Source: the human T2T-CHM13v2.0 reference genome, Homo sapiens
DNA length: 64,000 bases
Assembly (NCBI RefSeq): GCF_009914755.1
Contig: NC_060937.1
Direction: 5' to 3' (one strand)
Positions 53,279 through 64,000 of this stretch are shown piece by piece. The notes beneath the pieces were generated by a model. The model saw nothing but the letters and a program-made list of their open reading frames with translations, was not told the origin of the DNA and searched no databases. A program made the translations under genes and the position numbers. The stretch's first letter is position 1, and each line of letters starts with the position of its first letter.

Positions 53279-53632
53279 ATACAGAGAGAATGAGAAAACA
53301 AATGTGGTGAAATGTTACAATCAGTGAATGCAGAGAAAGGGCATACAGGGGTCTTCTGTAATATTCTTGAAACTTTTCTGTAAGTTTGAAATTGTTTCAA
53401 GATAAATATTAAAAACAAAATTACCCTGGTACAATAAGTGTAGACATGTGGAAAGGAGACCTGGGAGGTAGGAAAGCAAATCACAGAGTTAACACAGGAA
53501 CCATGCATGAGGTGATGTAATTTACAACTAAGACTGCTGCCACTCCAGTGCTGAGTGAGGACAGGCTATCTGCAGAGTCTTCAAATAACAAATCTCCTCC
53601 TTGCAGAACATTTGGGCACCAATCATACTAAT

Positions 53633-53876
53633 CTAAATAGGACAGTCCGGCAATCTCTGTAGAGAGGTTTCCTTCAGAAAAGCTTTCAGGGAGCATGAGG
53701 AAAACAGTGGTCACAGCACTCCAGAATTCTATCGAGGGCTGATCTGTGAGAGTGACATTCTCATTCATTGCTGTAATTTTCACCAGTTTTTGGAGTCCTC
53801 CAGTAATGTGTAAGTTATTCCAATTGGGGAGATCTTCAATCAGAATACTAGTGCTAAGAACTCCATATTTGATAAA
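53633..53876 (-). pseudogene. Processed (intronless) fragment of TAMM41, about residues 107-188
   Basis: Minus-strand translation FIKYGVLSTSILIEDLPNWNNLHITGGLQKLVKITAMNENVTL..SAVTTVFLMLPESFSEGNLSTEIAGLSY aligns to recalled human TAMM41 LIKYGVISTNVLIEDLLNWNNLYIAGRLQKPVKIISVNEDVTLRSALDRNLKSAVTAAFLMLPESFSEEDLFIEIAGLSY. Confidence 0.88.
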
Positions 53877-53962
53877 CTTGTGAAAACACACATCTTCACC
53901 AAAACCTTTGAGAGGTTTAGTGTCCAAGACTGATTTTACCCCTAAGGTATGTGACATGAGGT

Positions 53963-54364
<402 letters not shown>

Positions 54365-54559
54365 CGATTCAGCATTCTTTGGCACCTTGGTAAGAACCTT
54401 CACCATCTGCCTTTTGGCTTTATTTCCCATCACTCTTGTCTTGCATGGGCAACACCACACTGCTTGTACTCACCGTCACATGCTACATTGTCTTCTACGA
54501 TGGAATGCTCTTTTGTCTTCATCTAACGCCCATTCATGTTTTAATTTCTTGGGCATCAC

Positions 54560-57205
<2,646 letters not shown>

Positions 57206-57237
57206 TTAAATAGAATAATGTGAGACAAAATAGAAAA

Positions 57238-57679
57238 TGTTAAGCCAGGTTTGCTTATTTCTGCTTGAACCCCTGACTGTGATGAAATGCAGCTCCTCAG
57301 GAAGAATCTTAAAACAGGATAGAGCACACGGCCCCCCGTGTCACTCGCCTGAGTTACAACGTTCCTGAAACAGTAAATGAACTTGACCTTGCCTTTTCCT
57401 ACATGAAGATGTCTGACAGGGTTAGTGATTATGCTTCTACAATCTATAACCAAATTACTTTAGTAATCTATAAACTGATGTACTCTTACACCCAAACTTT
57501 AATGAGATTTCACACATACAGAACCCCCACAACCTACATAGAAGCAATGGGCTGAGGGACCACTTTGGAGCCCTGTGAAAGAACTGCCCTCAGGGTATAA
57601 ACCTTGGTCTACAGTCCTCAGTGAGACTTCTGAATAAAACTAACTTTAATTATGTAAAAGCTTAATTTTTTTTTTGACA
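57238..57679 (+). mobile_element. ERV1 solo LTR (MER34/MER39-group-like; subfamily uncertain)
   Basis: TGTTAA and TTGACA termini, about 440 bp, with AATAAA near 57633 followed by a T-rich U5. Confidence 0.6.
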
Positions 57680-58137
57680 GCAGGTAAGCAAATTAACTGG
57701 GGAACTGTAGTGGGGATGCTAAACAGTACAGTACCCATTTGTTAAGGGTTGGTCGTGAATTTATGGGAGAGGCTAAAAACACAAATGCCAACAGGAGCCA
57801 GGCAGGTAAATGACTGAAGCAGGCTGAGTGATGAAGGAACTCAAGAATGAATGCCCCATCTAAAGGGGAAGCCAGTGGAGTGGCCATCAAGACTATCAGC
57901 TCTATGCTGCCAGATCTCCTGATTTCTCAAGGGAAGCCAGAAATCTTTTTTTTTTGATATGTTAATTTTTAAAACACTCTATGGGCTCAAAAAAATATTT
58001 CCAAGTGCAAAAAAATATAGTGCATGGATGACTAGTTTCTGATTTGTCATCACACCAGATTACAAGATTTTCTTCAACGGTGCTCAGCTGTGGAGGTACT
58101 GTCACGGTTGCATTTATCCAAGGTTCGGTATGTGCTA

Positions 58138-58513
<376 letters not shown>

Positions 58514-59914
58514 CTACAGAAAATTAAGTTAAAGACAATCTAGAAGCCAAGGGCTAATGGTTACAGTGAAAGTCTGGAGGAGTCAACGTATTGAAGGAAT
58601 CAATACCAAATCCTATTCCTCCTCAAGTTCTTCAGCAAATGATGTTAAGTGCTGATGACGATGGTCACAGAATGTACACATTTAAAAAATGGTGCTGACG
58701 CAGTTCTTAGAAATTACAACTTTCAGGTGCATCAGGAGAGTGAGTCGAAGACATGCAAATTTCAAAAGCGACTGGACGATATTATTTATATTCAGTCTGA
58801 TAAGGGATTTTGTTAACTTAGCTGACTTTTTAAAAATGCATCCTAAAAATACATACAATCATGAGAAAAACATGAGACAAATTCCATGATTAGGACATCC
58901 TACAAAATACATGACCAGTACTCCTCAAAACTCTCAAGGTCACCAAAAGTAAGGAAAGTTTGAGAAACTGCCACAGCCACAAGAGGCATATAAGGAGACA
59001 TCATAACTAAATGTAATGTGGTATTCTGGATGGAATCCTGGAACAGAAAAAGGGTATTAGGTAAAACCGAAGGAAATCTGAATAAAATGTGAACCTTAGT
59101 TAATAACAGTGTAAAATATTGGTTCATTAATTGCAACAAATGTACCATATTAGCATGAGATGTTAATAATAGGGGAAACTGGATGCTGGGTATATGGCAT
59201 TATCTCAATTTAAATAAACTACATTAAGAAAATAATATCTATTTTTAAAGGTGTAGTGAATAAAACAATGGCCACCCATATATTTAACACCCGGTTTAAT
59301 AATGGTCAATACAGTTAAAGCCTCCCTTTATTGTCCCCTCCTTACCAGATATGACTGCTTTTCTCAACTTGATTTTCATTCTCTTGTATTTCTTGACTTC
59401 TTTAACTACATATGTATGCATAACTAAGCAATATATAGCATTGTTTTACAAGTTTTAGAGTTGAATGTATATGAATTGTCATACTATTTATTTTTCTACA
59501 TCTTTCTCTTTTTGCCTCATCACATTTCTGAGTTCAGTCTTCTTTTATTGGCGTATAATACTACATCCTAACATCCCATAAGGTATTTATTCTGTTATTG
59601 ATGGACGTTTCTAATTTTTTGCTTCTACCCACAGCGCTGTTACGTACATCCTTGTTCACTTACCAAAGTTTCTACAAGACATATAGGTAGGAGCAGAGTG
59701 CTGGGGTTTAGTAATTGAAAACTTTTACTAGATTTTGCCACATTGCTTTCCCAAAGAGGTTTTAACATTTGCGCACCTACTAGCAGGTGCGTATGTTTAG
59801 ACGTGTGGAGGAGAAACTATTTAAAGACATACAAACTAGATAATATACTTGCTTCATTCTCGTTTGACCTTCGTACCCAAGCAATTATTTCTGCAAACAA
59901 ACAAATAAACAACT

Positions 59915-60900
59915 ACTAATAGCACTTCCCGCACCGCCAGCCGCAGTTTTCCTTGGGGAGACGCGGATAAAAGGCAGCTTCCGGCGAAGGCGGTGACGCA
60001 AAGGATGGCGTAAGCACGCTCGGGACGACGGCGTCCTCTTGATCGCCCTTGAAGGCCCCTTTCCGGGCTGTCTGACACGATGCAAGTGTCAGCTTGTGTT
60101 GGCCGGTTGCCTTTCTTTCGCAAGAGGGGAAAATATCCTCACAGACTTTCTGTGTTCTCAGAGACGATCTTCTTCCCTAGAAAGAAGTCGCTTACGGTTG
60201 GCGTTTCCCTCAGGCAGCGCCGTGGGCAGCCCACAGGCCCTTGTAAGGCGCGCGCCGCGGCCCCGCCTCTTTCCTTTCGGCCGGAACCGCCATCTTCCAG
60301 GTAGGGCCTACGCGTGGCTCCCGGGCGCTACGTGTTCGACAGACTTGAACCGCGACCTTGTGGCCTCAGAGGTCGTTCATTGGGACCGTGGGGAGACTCT
60401 CTAACCTGTTTGAGGTCCATTGGCATGGGCGGGTTAAACCATGTTCTGCCAGACGGGGAGCAGCGTGCGCCGGGTCGGGCCTGGGCCGTGGGCTGAGAAC
60501 CGGACTGCGATGTTGCGGCCCTGCGGGGGGACATTTGCGAGAAAGACGAGACTGAGTCGCTTGGGGTGAGGCGACTCGAGTTAATCTTTAAAAGACTTCG
60601 TTTTATGTTCCCGTGGCTGCATCTCCGGTACTGTGGGTGGCCCCTCTCACATAGGCTGTGTGGGGGCCGCGTGGCCTGATGCCTTTCTAACTCCTTTCAG
60701 TGTGGCTTTTTTATTCCAAATCTTGCGATGATGTTGGGTGAGGACTTAAGGGGTAGTAGGAATGGGTTTAAAGTCAGGCGTCGGCTTTAATCTTCTGTGA
60801 AGCCTACAGGTGTGAAAACCCGGGCTCTCGGTCGGAGAGTGGGTCCCGGAGTCGTCCTGGGTGATGAACCCTCACTGCCCTTAGTTAATGCATAAGACGA
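59915..60900. promoter_or_regulatory. RPL21: CpG island / RPL21 promoter
   Basis: Sharp rise in GC and CpG content. YY1 motif CGCCATCTT at 60288-60296 just downstream of the TSS, ETS/GABP-type CTTCCGG near 59978, and a GC run GCGCGCGCCGCGGCCCCGCC before the TOP tract. These are typical of ribosomal protein promoters. Confidence 0.9.
60266..60300 (+). other. RPL21: RPL21 non-coding exon 1 with 5'TOP tract (exact TSS uncertain by a few nt)
   Basis: Pyrimidine tract CCTCTTTCCTTTC at 60266-60278 is followed by GGCCGGAACCGCCATCTTCCAG and a GT donor at 60301. Joining it to 62480 gives the recalled RPL21 5'UTR ...CTTCCAG|TAATTCGCCAAAATG. Confidence 0.93.
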
Positions 60901-62491
60901 TTTCCGACTGTTTTTAAAATTTTGACCCCACATGGTGATCGGACGAAGGGAAAGTGTTTTGAGGTTGCAACACCAATATTTGCACCAAGAGGAGATACTG
61001 TTTTGCGAATTCTAGGGCAGCATGCTTTGAGTGAAGGGAAACATTTAGCCATAGTTCATCATTTTGTCTAGTTTGTGGACGTCAACAGAGTCGAGCAAAC
61101 TGCAGGTTGCTCTTTATGGTGGATCCTAGTTGCCATGATTTTAATACTCTTACAAACTGTAAAGCATCGTTTTGAAAAGTGCCTTCAGTTTTAAGTGTAT
61201 GGGGTCCATGCTTAAAATGGATTCCAAACTCAGAAAGATGGATCTAGTGGAGGATTATGGGCTCTGGAATCAGGAATGAGTTAACTGATTATGCCACTTG
61301 GTGATTCCACAAAGTGACTTGAATCTACACAGTATCACCCTTTGTGTACTAACTTAGCACAAGTTTTTGGAACTTTATACACATCTAAAGGCTTTGGGGA
61401 TTGGAACAGAGTACCTGGCATTTAAAGGGTTCATCCATTGTAACAGTGGTTTGACTTTGGTGAGTTAGGTGAAACATGTCTTCTTGCTATACAATTTTTA
61501 TAAAAATGGTACTTTGGGAGCCATTCTTAAAGGATTGTTGGTAAACTTAGAAACCAAATTGTGTTAGAATATTGTCAACACGTCAAGCCTGACTGCTGTA
61601 TTTTACCTTATGGTAGGAGTAATGGCCAGGAATGGCATTTCTGCCCTATAATGACTAAAGAGCTATCAAAACTATTGTTTTGGCCTTTTTGGGAAACAAA
61701 GGAAAGGTTAATTTCTAAATGCCTGTAGGTGAATTCTTAGATAATGATAAATTAGCTGCCGGTTACTACTGAGCACTTTACACGGGCCAAGCATTGCTGA
61801 GTTCTTTGTAGACATTACCTCAGCTACGAAAGTGTTCACCCCTATTTTACAAATGAAGATGAGAGATGAAATGTGGGTGTCCCAGCTAGTAAGTGGCAGA
61901 GCCTATGTCAAATTTAGGTCAATGATTATAAAGCCTGGGTTCCCCTCTCTTCTACCCTATATACGTTCGTAGTAAATAATCAGAAATGTGAAGTGGCTTG
62001 AGATTTCTGATAGTTAAATAGATGGTGTTTGAGATACACCATCACGGAAAATTTGGTTGACAAGAAAGGTTTAATTCACATAAAAATGTAAGGCTGTTTT
62101 ATTGTGTTCTCCACTAAATTATCTTCTAGTTAGTAATTACATGCCCTTGGCATTCTAAATTGGGTTCTACAGATAGAGTGTGGTAGAAGTCCTGTTGTGT
62201 TTTTATATTCTCATAGAGAAAGGGTACTAGTTTGGATTCTCGTATCAAGTTCTGCTCCTTAAGAGTTTTGATGTTATAGAACTTGGGCAGTTTTGCCAAA
62301 AGACCTTACTTGCTAAAATAATGATTTTTTAACCTTTCAACAGAACTAACTGCTTGGTGATCCAGCTTTCAGTTTGCAGTTCTCACTTTGCTACTGAAAT
62401 GTGAACATTTGAAATTACAGGGGTTTGGGGCAAATGCCAGTTTTCAGTCGTATTTGACTGTTCTGCTTTCTGGTTTCAGTAATTCGCCAAA

Positions 62492-62558
62492 ATGACGAAC
62501 ACAAAGGGAAAGAGGAGAGGCACCCGATATATGTTCTCTAGGCCTTTTAGAAAACATG
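62492..62558 (+). CDS. RPL21: 60S ribosomal protein L21 (eL21), coding part of exon 2 (exon starts at 62480)
   Basis: Acceptor TTTCAG ends at 62479. ATG at 62492 encodes MTNTKGKRRGTRYMFSRPFRKH plus the first base of G23. Donor GTAAGT at 62559. Confidence 0.98.
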
Positions 62559-62891
62559 GTAAGTAGGTTTACCTTCCTTGAGAGAAGCATGGCACACATT
62601 TGTGTTCTGTTGTGTTCAACATGTGTTGTAGTTCATAGAATGTGTATCAATAGAATTAAATAACTAGCGTCTACCCAGCTTATTTCGTGATAAGGTAAAT
62701 AAATTACCAAAATTATATGGTGATTTTGTGACTAAGTATTGATGCAAGATTAAACTTTGGAGAGAGGTTGTGATTTAGTAGGCTGATTGTGCTGTCAGGA
62801 GAAATTGTCCATTGGGAAGATAATAAGCATGTAACCATCAAAAATGATATATGTGTTAAAAGCTAGTAAAATTGCATTTCTTTTACTCTAG

Positions 62892-63017
<126 letters not shown>

Positions 63018-63106
63018 TAACACTACAGAAGATAGAAAAGTTGGATTTAATCTAGTGTAGGAATTCAAATACTAGTGTATGTTGCATCTGTAAGAGTATA
63101 GAATGG

Positions 63107-63543
63107 ATTTTTTTTTTTTTTTTTTTTTTTTTTTGGAGACGGAGTTTCACTCTTGTTGCTCAGGCTGGAGTGCAATGGCATGATCTCACCTCAACCTCCG
63201 CCTCCCTCCCGGATTCAAGCAGTTCTCCTGCCTCAGCCTCCCAAATAGCTGGGATTACAGGCGTGCACCATGATACCTGGCTAATTTTGTATTTTTAGTA
63301 GAGAAGTGGTTTCTCCATGTTGGTCAGGCTGGTCTTGAACACCTCGGGTGATCTGCTGGACTCAGCCTCCCAATGTGCTGGGATTACAGGCATGCACCAT
63401 GATTCCTGGCTAATTTTGTATTTTTAGTAGAGAAGGGGTTTCTCCATGTTGGTCAGGCTGGTCTTGAACACCTCGGGTGATCCGCCGGACTCAGCCTCCC
63501 AATGTGCTGGGATTATTACAGGTGTGAACCACCGTGCCCGGCC
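63107..63543 (-). mobile_element. Antisense Alu with an internal 129-bp tandem duplication, RPL21 intron 3
   Basis: TSD TAGAATGGATTTTTT at 63099-63113 and 63544-63558. CTCAGCCTCCCAA recurs at 63232, 63361 and 63490. Confidence 0.93.
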
Positions 63544-63786
63544 TAGAATGGATTTTTTAAAGTGCTATTCTTAGCAGAATTTAAATTTTCCTCATTACCC
63601 GCTTGGAGTTAACAGCTAGTGGAAATTGGGTGGTAGGGTGGGAAATTATGAGTTTATCAAGTTGGAAAGGAACGCCTTAGTGCAAAGTTTAATTATTGAT
63701 GAAGATTACTATTACTATGATTAAAAACCCTCCTAGTGAAAGCTGTGTTCTTCTGTGACCTGGATTTAAATGTATCTTGGCACTCG

Positions 63787-63858
63787 AGCTTAATGATGAC
63801 TGTTTTTTTTGATTGCTTGAAGCAATGTGAAAAACACATTTCACCGGCTCTGAAAGCT
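63787..63858 (+). ncRNA. SNORD102: Box C/D snoRNA SNORD102 (U102) in RPL21 intron 3
   Basis: Terminal stem AGCTT/AAGCT, box C ATGATGA at 63793-63799 and box D CTGA at 63850-63853. Guide ATTTCACCGGC at 63838-63848 is complementary to the 28S rRNA segment GCCGGUGAAAU. The D+5 base is C, so the target is a G (recalled as 28S Gm4020). It ends about 106 nt upstream of the 3' splice site. Confidence 0.96.
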
Positions 63859-63964
63859 CTTGAGTTGCCATTTGAAAGAAATCTTAGAATACTTTACAGT
63901 TACTTAAAGTCAGAATTTTAAAGGAAGGGGAAATGCTGGTATATAACATTGGTTTCTTTAATAG

Positions 63965-64000
63965 GGAATGGGTACTGTTCAAAAAGGAATGCCCCACAAG
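63965..64000 (+). CDS. RPL21: RPL21 exon 4 (truncated by window end)
   Basis: Acceptor AATAG ends at 63964. Encodes GMGTVQKGMPHK, the in-frame continuation of eL21. Confidence 0.97.

Noticed and set aside
59854-60555. Several 60-121 aa ORFs over the RPL21 promoter
   Set aside because: Expected by chance in a CpG island. They cross the TSS and the exon 1 donor and resemble no protein I recognise.
60858-60930. Box C/D-like segment in RPL21 intron 1 (GTGATGA ... TTGA with TGGG/CCCA ends)
   Set aside because: Box D is imperfect, the stem overlaps box C, I recognise no rRNA guide, and it lies ~1.5 kb from the 3' splice site.
63696-63765. TGATGA upstream of SNORD102 suggesting a second snoRNA
   Set aside because: It has no CTGA box D of its own and no terminal stem.

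Overview
Primate, most likely human, genomic DNA. The right end holds the 5' part of the ribosomal protein gene RPL21 on the + strand, which is on chr13q12 in human from recall. It comprises a CpG-island promoter, a 5'TOP non-coding exon 1, coding exons 2 and 3, the start of exon 4 and the intronic box C/D snoRNA SNORD102. The other ~59 kb is repeat-dense intergenic DNA. It contains roughly 45 Alu copies, old L1/L2/MIR elements, DNA transposon fossils, several solo LTRs, a decayed ERV-L fossil and an 8.8 kb two-LTR HERV9/LTR12 provirus nested inside an Alu inside L1s. Nearly all ORFs in the supplied track are repeat-derived artefacts. The most unusual items are (1) an intronless, tailless 244-nt TAMM41 fragment that seems to be bounded by exon junctions, possibly a circRNA- or alternative-transcript-derived retrocopy, (2) a poly(A)-tailed double-hairpin mini-element resembling the MER41 R region, joined to a locally templated duplication, and (3) a sense-oriented LTR12 provirus with splice donors upstream of RPL21. 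No database search was possible, so repeat subfamily names, reference sequences and exon boundaries come from recall. I cannot demonstrate a new biological system from sequence alone.
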